A stretch of DNA of 62,267 bases, filler included, from Sphacelaria rigidula (GCA_964200075.2; 11 parts of 11 records of this genome joined end to end with filler, not necessarily neighbours in it); one strand, 5' to 3'; positions 1 through 12,656 are shown, counted from the whole stretch's first letter. Numbers and translations are program-made. Notes: generated from the sequence alone by a model not told the origin.

Positions 1-16
1 TTTTGGATGAGATAAA

Positions 17-75
17 GGGCTCCTAACAATTCTTACCTCAGAAAATATTTGTGTACCCCTACCGTAGCATCACTC
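17..75. mobile_element. Right terminus of a GAG...CTC TIR DNA-transposon/MITE family
   Basis: gtacccctaccgtagcatcactc closely matches the reverse complement of gagcaatgctacggtaggggtgcac at 28181. The subterminal motif gggctcctaac is shared. Related ends occur at about 10174/10875, 45410-45431 and 50345/50601. Confidence 0.6.
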
Positions 76-2959
76 AAACCAATGACCAGATAATTGCTAT
101 GAACAGTCGACCCCACCAATTGGCGCCAATTGACCAACGATATATAAGTTTGACCGCGGGGCTGAACCGTAGGTATACTTCCCAGAAAAAGTGTATTGCG
201 GGACGAAGGATACGCGCAAGTAATCGGTTGGTGTCGATTAGTTCCTCGTTGGCGGAAATTGCAGGTTATTGCGCGCCCACCGTCCCTTGCTCAACTATTG
301 TCATTTTTCATCAAGGCCCTACCGGATTGTTGAGTGCTCATCCGATGCACCCGCCATACATATGCGGGGGAAATGAATGTCGTTTGATGAACATACCCGT
401 ATCTACATTTGCCATAAGATCCCCTACTGGGATGCGTAAAATTGTATTAAAATCAAGATTGACCTCTGAGCAACAGAATCGGGCCGGGCCGGGCTAAAAC
501 GCCTCCGACGACAACACGTCTCAGAACAACCGTATTTCACATGACCGGCACCTGCCGCCACCCCCACACGGTGCAGACATCGCCCAACTTCCCCTTGTTC
601 ATCGCGGCGCGCACAGTGGCCAGCGCATAATCTACTGCGTTGCTATTCCAACTCAAGCGATGCACATATCGGCGGTTTACCTCATCAATAAATATTTCGA
701 TCACTCTCCTGGTGAAAGCTCGAGCGCCTATCCAAGCTGGGCGGCGTGCGTCCCCATATCTCGGTGCGCTGCACCGTCTCTGAACAAGAGCCCCAGCCAG
801 AAACGTTCCTCCGTGGGATACACCAGAAATTTTTCTTATGTCTACTACGGAGAATGACTCCGTGAAAATACCACTAGAGGCAGCATCCGGTCGTGTCGAT
901 ATTGAGACGAACTTCCTGCGATCGTCCTTCACCACATCTGTTTTCGTCTCCCACTATTTCGGGCAATTTCGGCCTTGGGTCACGTATGCTTCCATCGGCT
1001 TCTCTAGTCCAGCTACGACGTATGCTCGGGAGACGAATAGCCCATTGGTTGACGTTCCTGGCGACTTCTCTCTCCACCATTTAACCCGGACCATTATCCG
1101 AGTGTGCCCACGTTGGGCCGTGAATCCATCGTACCACTTTGTTTGATGAGCACACCATGCGCAGCCTATGTCTTGGCATCCTATGTGGAAGGTGCCTGGT
1201 GCGAGATGAAAACGCAGCCAATATCGCGACCAGAGTTCGTTCGAGGGTCGACACGGATCAAAGCCGTCGGCCCATAATGCAGGCATTTCTTCATACGCTC
1301 AAACATGCTGTCGACATCTACCTCCCTCTCCGCAATGGGGTCGCCGTTGGACGTACGTCGCGATGACTCAGTTGGCGATGGTGTGATACCTTCGCGCAAA
1401 AGGGGGGTATTCCTCGGATCTACCGTCACGGCAGCTGCTGCACCTGTACGAGCAGAATATAGGGTAGCGAAGCGGAGCTTTGCAGCTATCACAGCATGTT
1501 GCGGGGAAAGGAGCAATCTCTCCCTAAATACTGGAAGCGCTGCCGTCTACAAGTAGCAGCTTTGGTGATATTAGTAAGTGGGGTGTGAGTACGGAAATAA
1601 GCTTGTGCCGCTGTTTCACCGGAGAGTTGCACGTCTAATTTCATTCCAGAGGGAGGTGAATGGGAAGCCTTCCTGCAGAGGCCCGACACCTTTTCTTGAG
1701 TCCAAAAACAATCAATTCGTGCCCTTGTAGCCACACTGTAGTGCGTGGTTTCCGGGGGAGCGGCGAGTTCAACATTGGCGCATGCTTCTGCATCAGAAGC
1801 CAACCCGAACCCCCGATAGCAGGAACAACACCAAACCCGCATGAACACTAGGGCGAGAAAGTCGCTTTTTGTTATACTTCCTCTGTCTCATTAGTCTGGG
1901 AACTTATGGGAATTTGATCGTTTGGGTGTTCAAACGTTGACGGCCATCCTATGGTTGGGTTCGTTAGAAAGGTGAAGCGCAGACGGAGCTGGTAAAGAAA
2001 AAAAAAAAGAGAAAAAAAAGGTGTTTTTATTACTAAAGTTGTGTCGAAATATACCCGATTTTGGCCCTTTTTGATCCATTTATACCCCCATCATTAACCG
2101 ATTTTGGACGTTTTCAGGTCGAGCACTAGCAATTACATGCTCATAAAATGTTGGATGGAGTGTGCGTAGGAAAACATCACGGGAATGTCCAAAATAAATG
2201 GTGGTTCCGCGATTTTCACACTTTTCTGTGCTATTTTTGTCGAGTTTTCGCGTTCCCGGATCTCTCATGCTTTCCTGGGAAAACGAACGAAAAATGGCCG
2301 TTTTTGGACCGGCCTACTTTTGCTCGGCCGCGCGGCTCCATGGGTCAAGCACGCACGTTATGGCAAGAATATTTTTTCAGCTCAAAAACGCCGACAAATG
2401 CAATAAAAATATCGAATATCAGATGTCACACCGTTAAGGGGTCGCACAAACATAAGTTCCCAGACTTGTGGGACAGAGGAAGTAGCACCGGACACAATAC
2501 ACAGTGTGGCTGCATTTGCACGAATCACTTCTGGGCTCAGATGAAGGCGTCCGGTCGCTTTGTAAATTGGACCCACAAGCACAGTCCTATTTCCCTCAAC
2601 TCGGTCTCTCCCGCACTCGGCGCATGAGACATCTTGGTGAACCGACACCGGCACCACGAAGTGTGAATTACAACCCTGTCCGTGAATATACTTGCTACTA
2701 CACACGACCCGCTAAGACTGACGCATTTGAGCAAAGTTCGGCACATGACTCTCACATGGGGGATCAGCTACAAGTTCGTCCGAGCGACGTACGCGGGCCA
2801 ACCCGATCAATAGTGATTCGGTGTGTCACGAACTTGTAGATCACGCACGATTTGTCTTGCGCTCGGCGCATACACGTATCCAACATTTGTGTACTACTTC
2901 CTCTGCCGTGTTCACCAGCGGCAGAAGTTGTAACCCCGCTTTAGTCCTGCGGACGTTTA

Positions 2960-4680
2960 TTCAACTTTCCGACGCACTATTACCGCCTTTATCAGCTCTT
3001 GCCTCGTTCGCCATGGCAATTTGTCCACCACCGACGGCTCGTGCCCCCCTTGTCTTTTGCTCGAACTCGGTCCTTTCGGTGGTCATTGCCTCGCGCAGCT
3101 GGAACGAGAACTCCCGGGGTAACTTCTGGACCAGGTCGAAAAAGCCATCGATGATCCATAGATCGTTCACAACTTCTTTTTTTCGCGAACGTCTTCTCCA
3201 CCCCTTCTTCGCTGTCACAGATATTCTCACCGTGGCAAGCCCTATTGTAGTGCGAGTCCACGTGCAATGGTGTCCCGAGATAGCCAGCGACGGGAAACCT
3301 GGCCGTCGCTGATCCAACCGAATATGAACCGGCAGTTGAACTGTTTGCCCCAGTTATCTGTGATGACGGTGGCATGAGTCATCGTCGCCGCATCCATTTT
3401 CGCACGCAAGACGGGAGTTCTTTCTTCTTCCAGCAAGAGGGTAAACGCGTACTGCACCCACGTTGTATCCTGATCCCCATCGTCACTCCTCTCCACGGAG
3501 GAGTATGTCCACACCTCACCATTCAGCGGGAAGAAGATGAGCGCGGGAAAAGTGCCCTCGACTGGTTATTCCAGTGCTGCGGTTGCACCTCGTCCTGTTG
3601 GTAATGGGTGTACGTGGAGGAGAATATGAGTTCGGGTACACCATGCAAGCGCACGCAGCCTGTATGTGTCCGGCGTGAACCTTTACATCCTTCGCTATTG
3701 TCTCTTTCTGCTTCGTGTCTGGCAGTTGCTACGCCGAACGGTAACCGTTCGTTTCCTGACGCGACGTCCTTCGTCGAAGTCACTTTAATGGTTGAGGTGC
3801 TCACCTCTGTGACTACGGGCCTGTGGTCGGTAAAACGGCCACCAATATTCGTTGCCATTATCGGGGTAGGGCATGATACGCCAAGAAGCGTGGACGACAC
3901 GACGCGTGATATTGCGACAGTATCCCCACCTCTCATGGACGCCTACAACCATCAACGCATTTACGTACTCCAGCTCGGCAATCATCTGGTTATACGCGGC
4001 TCTCTGCGTCTGGTACTGACGACGATGATAAAAGAGTGGGCGAGAATTTCGTGCTCATCGAAGAGCTGGGTCACCGTTCGTCCGTGAGAGACGACAGTAC
4101 GAAGGGTGGAAGCCAAGCATGAATTATCAGAGGGTGTTGAGATCACCACGGTGGATGGGATGCGTCAGCAGTTAGAAAATAGATGCTCGTCTCTCGATTC
4201 TTCAAGTGTATCGGCACGTTAAGTACTTTCACCGCACTACCGATTGAACTCTCAATCTACCGGGGTAAGAAGGTGGAGGGGGGAGGAAACATTCCTGTTG
4301 TGCAGAACATACGAAGTTCACGTGCGAATGTGGGTATAGGTATGTATACACCCGCTACATCAGTGACAACTATAATCGTGAATGAATCGGCGCACCGGGT
4401 GCCACGCGCATGCACCATCTTCTGATTTGCGTCCGTCGTCACCGCTCATGACAACGTCGCCTTCAATTGGGCCACTTCGCAAAACTCGTCGCCAAAAAGA
4501 CACCTCGCGGCTGCTATGGTTAGAGGAACATATACACGCGTCCGACGGTAGGCGGTTTTTCCAAACATACGCTGCAAGTGAGTAACGACGGTAGCACAGA
4601 GCCTCGATACCCTCCACGACCAAATGTACCCGTTTCCGAAGTATGGGAGTTTATATACGCCACATACGCATGCCAAATAC
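2960..4680 (-). pseudogene. Decayed Sola2-like DDE transposase
   Basis: Collinear motifs across frameshifted ORFs: IFSSTYTHYQQDEVQPQHWNNQSRALFP (3630-3544), SDDGDQDTTWVQ (~3490), ITDNWGKQFNCRF (~3360) and HYNRACHGENICDSEEGVEK (~3250-3190). These match the recalled Sola2 pattern DFxENY..QDEVQS.HW / SDD..HD / SDGC..QYK / HGKG.CDG.GG. Boundaries are approximate. Confidence 0.7.
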
Positions 4681-5299
4681 GCACCTCCCTTTGCCGATTG
4701 GCGCTCCCTCTCCTTGGAGTATACACAAAGTCGCCATCATCGTCGATAGCGCTGCGGGACCGCCGTCTATGCGTTAAATCCCTGCGCACGAAATTCGGCG
4801 CTACTCCCGCGTTGTTGCCATTATGGCAGACATTTCCAGACGCCTCACAGCGACGCTCGTCGTGTTGTCCATTGAATCCTTCGTTCCCAACCTGTACCCT
4901 TTGTGCTTCTTCCCTTGTGTTTCGGCAATCGAAAGCAAGGCTTCTACGCTCCCACCGCGCTCCCTGCACTCACACATCATCCATGTGTTTCTGTGCGCAC
5001 CAAGGTCTTGGCCCTCGTCCGTACTGTATATGGCCACCTTCTCGCACAGAAAGCTTGTAACACAAGCTTTCGATGCTGACGATCTCCCTTGCCGACTCAT
5101 ACCCAATAACGTCCGTGTGCCCAGAACCCTTGCATACGTTACAGCTGCAACGACACGCGATCCGGGAGTCATACCCGCACACTCTCGATTACCCGCCACT
5201 TGTACATCTCTTCTCGCGTACCGATCGCGCTTTACTTCTCTCATTATCCTCATTTACCCCCCGCCCCCCCGAGTGCGCCCCCCCCCCCGCCCCGCCCCC

Positions 5300-5418
5300 C
5301 ACGGCGCTCCGCGCTTGGTGATTGAGTGCGAGCCTACTCCGGCGAAAACCCGGCGTGCTCCGTCTCGGCTTTGTAGGGATGCGAGGTCAATGGTCTTATG
5401 GCATGCATGATCATGAGT
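5300..5418 (+). mobile_element. Family-A retroposon-like repeat, 5'-truncated copy
   Basis: Matches the 3' portion of the full copies at 27821-28093 and 47763-48064. Preceded by a poly-C tract. Confidence 0.85.
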
Positions 5419-5491
5419 TCACCTCCCTGCTTGCCAGCTATTTCTTGCCCTCCTCTCGACTGTCCGCCTCTCGACTGTCCTCCTCTCGATT

Positions 5492-5570
5492 GGTGACGCA
5501 CCCATGAGGCAGTGTAAACGCCGTGGCTGTCTCTGGAAGTGGCGACACCAGAAAATAAAGCAACTCATTG
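5492..5570 (+). mobile_element. Family-A repeat, 5' end (cut by contig end)
   Basis: Begins ggtgacgcacccatgaggcagtgt, the same start as 16860 and the reverse complements at 28093 and 48064. Confidence 0.85.
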
Positions 5571-5670
5571 NNNNNNNNNNNNNNNNNNNNNNNNNNNNNN
5601 NNNNNNNNNNNNNNTTAATTAATTAANNNNNNNNNNNNNNNNNNNNNNNNNNNNNNNNNNNNNNNNNNNN
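5571..5670. other. Artificial contig linker (N44-TTAATTAATTAA-N44); also at 11241, 16911, 22581, 28251, 33921, 39591, 45261, 50930, 56599
   Basis: Identical 100-bp spacer with stops in all six frames. It recurs every 5670/5669 bp and separates contigs of 5570 or 5569 bp, as expected for a length-sorted concatenation. Confidence 0.97.
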
Positions 5671-6285
5671 GTCCCCGACAGGGGCAGTGGTGGGACCACT
5701 GTCCGCATCAGTGTCTACTGAAAGCTGGGCGGCAGCAGGAGTCGGGGCCGTGGCTGCAGTGGCTGCTGCAGAAGGCGCAGTGACCACGGTAGTGGCGGCG
5801 GCGGCGGTAGTGGGAGCGGCGTTGGTGGTCTCCCTCGTAGGCTTAGTAGCAGCGGTAGTGCCCTTGGTGTCCATTGTTGCTGTTGCCAGTTGTCGTCCAA
5901 GATCTCTCAAACGTTGTTGCAGAGAACGAATAAGCACAGCGTCGGAACGGGACGGTGGTTCGCGGTTAGTGCGTTGTCGTCGTTTGTGCGATGAGGTGCA
6001 GTCGGATCCTGCAAGTGAGGATTCCGGGGTCGGTGACATGTCCGAAAATATGTTTTGAACATCGTCAGCATGTACAGTGTTATCATTGCGTACACAACGG
6101 TTGTGTGACAAAGGCTGAGCAGTAGAGATGCCCGGAAGTGCATGATCGGAGTTGTTCGAACGCGAGTTAACGCGCGAAGAACTTGATCTGGGCCGCAAGG
6201 CATCCTCGTGAGTACGATCTAACCAAATCGGATTGAGGGGTTCTGAAATCCACCAAGGTGAGCTCATCGCTCGCCGCATCGCCAA
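5671..6285 (-). CDS. Partial low-complexity ORF, possibly the gag/ORF1 N-terminus of an LTR retrotransposon
   Basis: Open frame of about 205 codons (Ser-rich, a short coiled-coil-like LQQRLRDL stretch, Ala/Thr-rich) running off the contig. An upstream ~54-bp direct repeat (6659-6712, 6801-6854) resembles a retroelement 5' UTR. No diagnostic domain seen. Confidence 0.3.
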
Positions 6286-7295
6286 GGGATGCGGACGGTG
6301 TGTCGTAGCAACTCAAGTACAGGCCTACGATATAACCGGGGTTGGGGGGCTACGATCTGATATCTGACCAGATCGGGGGGATGCTGGGAAGCAGCCTGGG
6401 CAGCGGCATATGAAACGGGCACGTGGGCTGTGTCCGAAGGCGTCTCTTCTACAAGGCAAAATGTTCGAGCCCGAGTAGTATTTCCACAGTACAGCAAAAG
6501 ATTATACTTTCACTGATGAGGGGGGAACATGGTGCGCTAGAAAACCCTGCGCGGTTACGGGGCCATTTCTCCTTCCTCGACAAGAGGCGGGAACCATCTG
6601 ATACTACAAGAAAAAGCACAACCGGGCCGGACTGAGGTGATGTCAAACACCGTGGAGTGGTGACGCAAAACTTGTGGGCTTCCATCCGAGGGCAAATTTT
6701 GTCGCTAAAACCACAGTACTCCCGACGGGAGTCATCTGTAAATACAGGATAAGGTCAATCAGGCCTGACTGAAGTGATGTGAGCTAACCTCGAGGGGAGG
6801 GGTCACGCAAAACTCGTAGGCTCACATCCGAAGGCAAATTTTGTCGCTAAAACCGCAATTCGTCAATTTTCAGGCGAGTCCTGAAAAGAGGCTCAACTCG
6901 TAGTACCGTTGACGGAAAACAAAAACATACACCATGACAAGGAAATCGGTCAGGCGGCGTTGTCCCAGAATGGCGGAAATCAAACACGGTAGACTCGAAT
7001 CAATTGTGCCAACGTCAACAACGCGACGGCCGGTATTACATGCGTGTGCTGTTACAGGGGGAAGCTACAGTCTCCACGACTGACGGTTCAGCTTCCCACA
7101 CCTTAGAACCATGCTGCGCGGTGAGGTACCGCAGCACACAAAAGGGCGCCCGGGGGGGAGAGGGGGGGTTTGCGCATCTACCAATATTTGGAGTGCTCGC
7201 CGAGGTACAGGGGGACGCTTTAATTCGGCAAAAGGCAAATCAACCATATGCTACTACAGCATGAGCCATCAAAACCAACTATCAACCACCACTGA

Positions 7296-8241
7296 TGTAA
7301 TAGATCGGCGGGCACACAGTTTGCACATGGCACAGTGGCACGTGCGATACTTGTTTGGAGGCAGAGTGGACACACTGTAGTGAGATAGCGTTACGGTTGG
7401 CTACATGCACAAGGCGGAAGATGAACGCAGTTCCGGCCAAATCGACGCGTGGTCGGGAAACCAACACAGTGCGTCACAATGGCACTCACGCGGATAGAAA
7501 CAAGCGGGAACATGATCAAGGGCAGCTACAGCAAATCGCTCAGCAGCTACAAGCAGTGTACCAACGGAGGGGCAGATTCGTAACATTAATACGTGAAGCG
7601 GGGGCAAAGCACAGCAGTCTTCACTACAGATGTACAATGCAACCGAGCCCAGAGTGGGCTGAGGCCCACGACAGTCAGAATAGACCAGGGGCGCCCAAAT
7701 AAGTACAAGTAAATAAAATACGCAAAATAATAAAAACGAGTTACTCACTACAGCTGCAGAAAGACACAACGCCAAGCAACACGGAGACTTCCCAACCAAG
7801 CAGAACAAGGTCCGTTTATCGACGCCAATTGTCATGAAGAGGTGTAGCTGATGCAGTGGCTGGGGTCTCTCAGTATGAGTGCCACGAGATACCATGGTGC
7901 CAACCAACCAAGCTCCCACGTGGGCAAACTCACACAGACCTAGCTATCCATCCTTGACTTATCACAATGTAGATTCATTCATGTTCAGACTCTTGATGAG
8001 GAACTCACGTGTTTGCCCAGCATCATGTATTATCTACAAGCCTCTCTTACTCAGTACAGCCGCAGGGCAGCCATAGGAGCAGAGCGTAGTGATGGCCCAG
8101 GGAAGACTACGGCAAGGGCAGCAACTGATCAAGATGGGGCGAGGCGGCCTGCGGCCGCTGATAAACAGCCCTAACTAATGACAGTAGCAAACGCGATAAC
8201 AACGCGTCACGGATTCCAGGGTCTACGAGCAGACCCGCACA
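7296..8241 (-). mobile_element. Possible LTR
   Basis: On the minus strand it starts TGTGCGG, ends TATTACA and is followed by TCAG-TGGTGGTTGATAG (PBS-like TGG). No second LTR is present to confirm it. Confidence 0.2.
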
Positions 8242-8949
8242 GAGTATATCTTGCAACGCCTCTGAGCTTCATCACAACTTGCAGTAAGCCCCCAGCAAGT
8301 CGGCGGTGGTGACATGATAGACGTACCCAATACATAACAAAACTCAAAACCGACCCTGACAACCGTTATAAGCAGAATAAAAGGATGACAGAAGTATATA
8401 GTGTACGTAGACGCACAACAAAAAGTAACAGACGGAATAATAAAATGTCGTGAATACCTAAGAGAATGCCTCTGGTATACCGACCGTGCAGAACACGACA
8501 TTGGAAAACCGCACGGCGACAACAGGAGTCGCGCGCGCAAGTCATGCAAAATCGCCGCAGATGACATTGTTCACAAAATTCCCCGAAGTAGTGAAAATTG
8601 CGTCTGACATAAATCATATCGGGTGTTGCTTATGTTATCGATGGCCGAACTGTGCCCACTGGTGTGTATCTGTACCTGCTTTGCTGCCCTCAATTCCAGA
8701 GGCTTTTGCTTCTTTTTTTTTCAAATTATTTTAATTGTATCGCCCCTGCTCTTTACTTTTCTCTTCTCTTCCTTTTTTTCTGGTTTTAGGTCGGCCATTA
8801 ACTTCTGTGCTTTGCTTTTGTTGACTTTTTTTCTTGTCGTCAATGCTTGATTGATTGATTGGTTGGTTGACAGATTCTTGCACTTGAATATTAGTTTTTT
8901 TTACCAATCACTCTAACATGTCGTTCTGGTTGACTTTCTGTTTTATCTG

Positions 8950-9067
8950 TTCCTTCTTTTCTTCAGCGAGTGTTTCAGTCTTTTTTTTATTGGGTACGTC
9001 TATCATGAGACCACGGCTAAATCCCTGGGGGGGCAGTCGAAGTGCGACAATCAATCAATGATTCAAA
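8950..9067 (+). mobile_element. 3' end of a non-LTR retrotransposon/SINE with (AATC)n tail; also 23311-23390 (+), 48719-48838 (+), 49956-50020 (-)
   Basis: Four copies share gaccrcggmtrratcc..ggggg..tgcgacaatc followed by a degenerate AATC microsatellite tail. Confidence 0.7.
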
Positions 9068-10173
9068 TAGAGCAACTTCATGCTGGAATATCACGGGAAT
9101 TAAACACGCCACACCACCGTCGTGCGCGCTTGTTACAGGGAGTGGCGCAGGTATTCACGTCGGACAGGTCTAAAGATTTACCCGATGTCCATGGGACGAA
9201 GGGCGCCGCAGGATGGCAAGGCATGACATTTGACGGGAGGAAGTGCGGCCGCAGGGACGGGGCAGATGAAGTTATGCTGTAGTAACGCCCGTCACCCCGT
9301 GATTCTGCCGTGCAAATCCCAACGTCCGGACCCGGCGGTGAGTGTACTTGGCGGCCGTGGTGAATGCGACACGACCCACCCGTCATGTGTGATGCCAAGC
9401 TAATTGTTGGGTGATGAGGTGGTGGCAATTGCGACGAGAAAGACAATTTGTGTGGAAGTGTGGAAGCGCCCAAAGTTGCTGGCCGTGCGGTGCGCCGGCA
9501 TTCATCCGGGGCCGGGGCGGGTAGAGGCGAGGGTTTTCATGTTGCGCGGTGCCGTGCAGGGGCATCATTTGATTGTTCTGACGGTGCTGCACGGTAACAC
9601 TCATTTCAGGTTGTATTAGTCACCGAGCGGTGCGAAGCATGAATTTGTTTAGGTGCGTTTTCACGGCACACGGCGGCTGGAATATCATCGCGAGGGACGG
9701 GGATGCACGCAAAACCTGTCGAGATTTGCGATATGTATGCTCGTGCGGTGTGCACGACTTGCTACTGCGAAGCGATCGCGCGCACCGACGACCCCCTATT
9801 TTTGTCTCCTTTGCGTTTCAGTTGTTTTGATACCACTTTCATTCGTTTTTTTCTGTTTTTGTATCGCGTCTGTGTGTTTTGTTTGTACCACGATTGTTTT
9901 TGTTCATATTTTAAGCCCTATGTTTGGAACCTTTGCCTATTACCACGGGAAGCGTACGCGTAGTATGCCAGGTACAAAGCGGTGCGGTGATGTCGGAACG
10001 GTTTTGACTCTGTAGACAACAACTACAATGACTACGACGACAAGTTGGGCGCACGGACCGTGCTTTACAGACAATCCACATCCCAATGAGTGCACAAACA
10101 CCCATCGAAATGCTGATCGCCACAAATATTGGGTGGTCATCATGATAGCGCGAGAGGGCAAGGTCCCCCCCGG

Positions 10174-10875
10174 AAGCAATGCTACGGCAGGAGTCCACTT
10201 TTGACGCAAAATCTTGTCTGGTTCAGGGGCTCCAAACGACTTTAGATGCACAATAAACACGGGGTCTCACAAATTGGGGATGGATCATTTATTGGGGATG
10301 AGAAACCCGGAGGATTAAAATCTTCGTATCCGCACCAAATAATCGAAATATGGTTCCATTTCTTCACCTACTGATAGCTATTGACAACTGCTACACGCCA
10401 TAGAAATTTGGATTTCGATCACGGGAATTCTGGGGTCCTGGGTGAAAAAACAGTTTTGTCGAATTCCGAGTGTCCGATCGGACGCCAAAATGGTTCCGAA
10501 AGTTTATTTCACCTAGGACCCCAACATTTCGGTGATCGAAATCCAAATTTCTATGGCGTGTAGCAGTTGTCAATAGGTATCCGTAGGTGAAAAAATGGAA
10601 TCACATTTCGAATATTTGGTGCGGATACGAAGATTTTAATCCTCCGGATTTCTCATCCCCAACAAATGATCCATCCTCAATTTGTAAGATCCCGTGTTAA
10701 TAGTGTGGGTGAAAGCATCCTCGTTTGCAAGTTCAGTCGGGATATTCTTCGTACTTTCAAATTACAAACTGGCGCACTCTCACATATTTCATCAGTCGTG
10801 TTTTGGGTTAGATGAAGGCAAAAAAACAAATTTTGACCCAGACAAAGAAAGTACGCCCCTACTGTAGTATCACCC
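10174..10875. mobile_element. GAG...CTC-family TIR element interrupted by a foldback MITE
   Basis: Left end gcaatgctacggcaggagtccacttt and right end aaagtacgcccctactgtagtatcaccc are imperfect inverted repeats. The left ~70 bp match 28181-28250. Confidence 0.6.
10256..10698. mobile_element. Foldback MITE (~440 bp, ~195-bp inverted arms)
   Basis: AACACGGG...CCCGTGTT termini with arms complementary nearly throughout. Flanked by AATA/AATA (or TAA/TAA if the element is 1 bp shorter per side). Second copy at 45914-46269. Confidence 0.92.
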
Positions 10876-11340
10876 CAGGCCTTCGCAGCTGGTGCCTCGC
10901 GTACGTGCACTTGAGCTGCGATGAGAAGCGATCCCGAACTGGCCACGAAAATCCGCACGTACCTGGGCTGTATCTCATTCTATCACATGAGGCCAAGGAT
11001 ATTAAAGATCTCTGTATCCCAGCACCGTCGGAATGTGCGGTGAAAAGACTCATGCGCCGTGTTTGCTTCAAATGACCTATGACAGTCGATCGCGCTGCAC
11101 GGTGCTGTGTTACAGGGTGGACGATGACCCTGAATAGAAGGCTATAGGGTGATGCGATTGCGGGTCTGCCGAACCATTCTTCAGCCCAATGACGATTTAT
11201 AAAACATAAAGACGCTACCTCCCGCAAGCGCACACGAGGTNNNNNNNNNNNNNNNNNNNNNNNNNNNNNNNNNNNNNNNNNNNNTTAATTAATTAANNNN
11301 NNNNNNNNNNNNNNNNNNNNNNNNNNNNNNNNNNNNNNNN

Positions 11341-11407
11341 GTCCCGGCTTTGTAGGGATGCGAGGTCAATGGTCTGATGACTACGGCATGCATGATCATG
11401 AGTGCAC
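11341..11407 (+). mobile_element. Family-A repeat, 3' end
   Basis: Ends gcatgcatgatcatgagtgc followed by acccccc. Confidence 0.85.
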
Positions 11408-11464
11408 CCCCCCTATTTCGGGATGAGTCCGTGGTCTCAAGGGATCAGCACATCTCTCCCCCGG

Positions 11465-11715
11465 TACACGCCTTGCATTTTGGTCTCGCAGGTTGGGTCA
11501 TGACTATCAGCACTCCCACACCGCATCAACTCACGCCAGACAACCTCAGTCGACTACTTTGTTTACTCACGTTCGCACTCTTCCCACGTGGGAAGAGTGC
11601 GAACGTGAGTAAACAAAAGTCAGACATTATGAAGACAAAACCCAACGCATCGGGAATCGAACCCTGGTTTTCTCCACCCTGATGACGACAGTCGGACAAT
11701 TACACCACCGGGGCG
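11465..11715 (-). mobile_element. tRNA-derived SINE (family C); diverged relatives at ~25960-26150 and ~36970-37185
   Basis: Minus-strand head cgccccggtggtgtaattg (A-box-like) then ggttcgattccc (B box). The 3' motif acgccttgcatttyggtctcgc is shared with 36974. Confidence 0.65.
11558..11617. repeat. Perfect 60-bp palindrome (no loop)
   Basis: tttgtttactcacgttcgcactcttcccac is immediately followed by its exact reverse complement. Confidence 0.97.
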
Positions 11716-12584
11716 TGGAATATAGGCGATTAACACGAATTACCTGCATTCCCCAGATTTGTTTTACATCGAGCACCACAAAATATTGGTCATCGGAATC
11801 CGTTCTCGTATAGCGCGTAGTAGTTGTCGATAGCTACCAGTGGATGAAGGAGTGCAACCAAATACCGAAGAATTGGTGTGGATGCGGAGATTTTCATTCC
11901 CCGGGTTATCGTCAATGAAAATCTCCATCCTCAATTTTGATGATCGGCTGCTCCCGGTTCGCATGAACCAGATTTGTTGTGTTGATCTCAATTGTCAGCA
12001 GAAGACGTATGGATCCCGTACTGTGCCCGTATGTGCAGCGTATTGTATTTTACAGTGACTTGCAGTTGTTTTCATGTTACGCCGTCGGTAGGATAAATAT
12101 GTTGGCTTGATTAATCAGGATTATCGCAAAAATGGGAACGAAGCAACTAGTTAACTGTTTGGGCATTCGTCATGCCCGTGCCGACTGATCTCATGACTGC
12201 AACTCCTACATGAGTATGTGTGTTGGTGTGCAATATCCTGTCCGTATGAGTTTTTCCTCGTTTTCGCCACGCCCTCTCGGTCGGTTTATTTCGGATTGGC
12301 TCCGCCCTGCTGATATTTCCGTGTTACTCGTCGGCTGTGACGCTGATAGTGTCTACCTTTCCACACAGCGATGTTTTTCGGCGATGGCAGCATCGTCGTC
12401 ACGGATGCCAAAGCTGTGTGTGATGAGCAGACAGCATTGCTGATTCCTCAACAATAGCGCAACGGGGAGCACATTTGACCAGTGAACGATGTCTTGCATT
12501 TGCTGTCAGCAATCCTATTGTTTAAGGGTAATTCGCCGCGTGTCTACCTTGTCCCTGTTTGCATAAATCCTTTCTTTCGCTCAG

Positions 12585-12656
12585 GCGCCATCCCCTCAGA
12601 GCTGGGCCGTCTAGGCCGTCTCCAAAAGCTGAACCTGACGAGGAACGAACTGTCCG
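12585..12656 (+). CDS. Single 72-nt leucine-rich-repeat exon (ROCO/LRR-type)
   Basis: Acceptor tttctttcgctcag; encodes (G)AIPSELGRLGRLQKLNLTRNELS(G), one 24-aa LRR in phase 1-1. Donor is GCAAGT (GC type). Confidence 0.85.

Noticed and set aside
5615..5626. TTAATTAATTAA recurring every 5670 bp as a regulatory or recombination site
   Set aside because: Synthetic six-frame stop linker inside N padding.
10381..10573. Mirror-image ORFs on both strands (MTTATRHRNLDFDH...; also 45952-46144)
   Set aside because: Consequence of the palindromic MITE, not genes.
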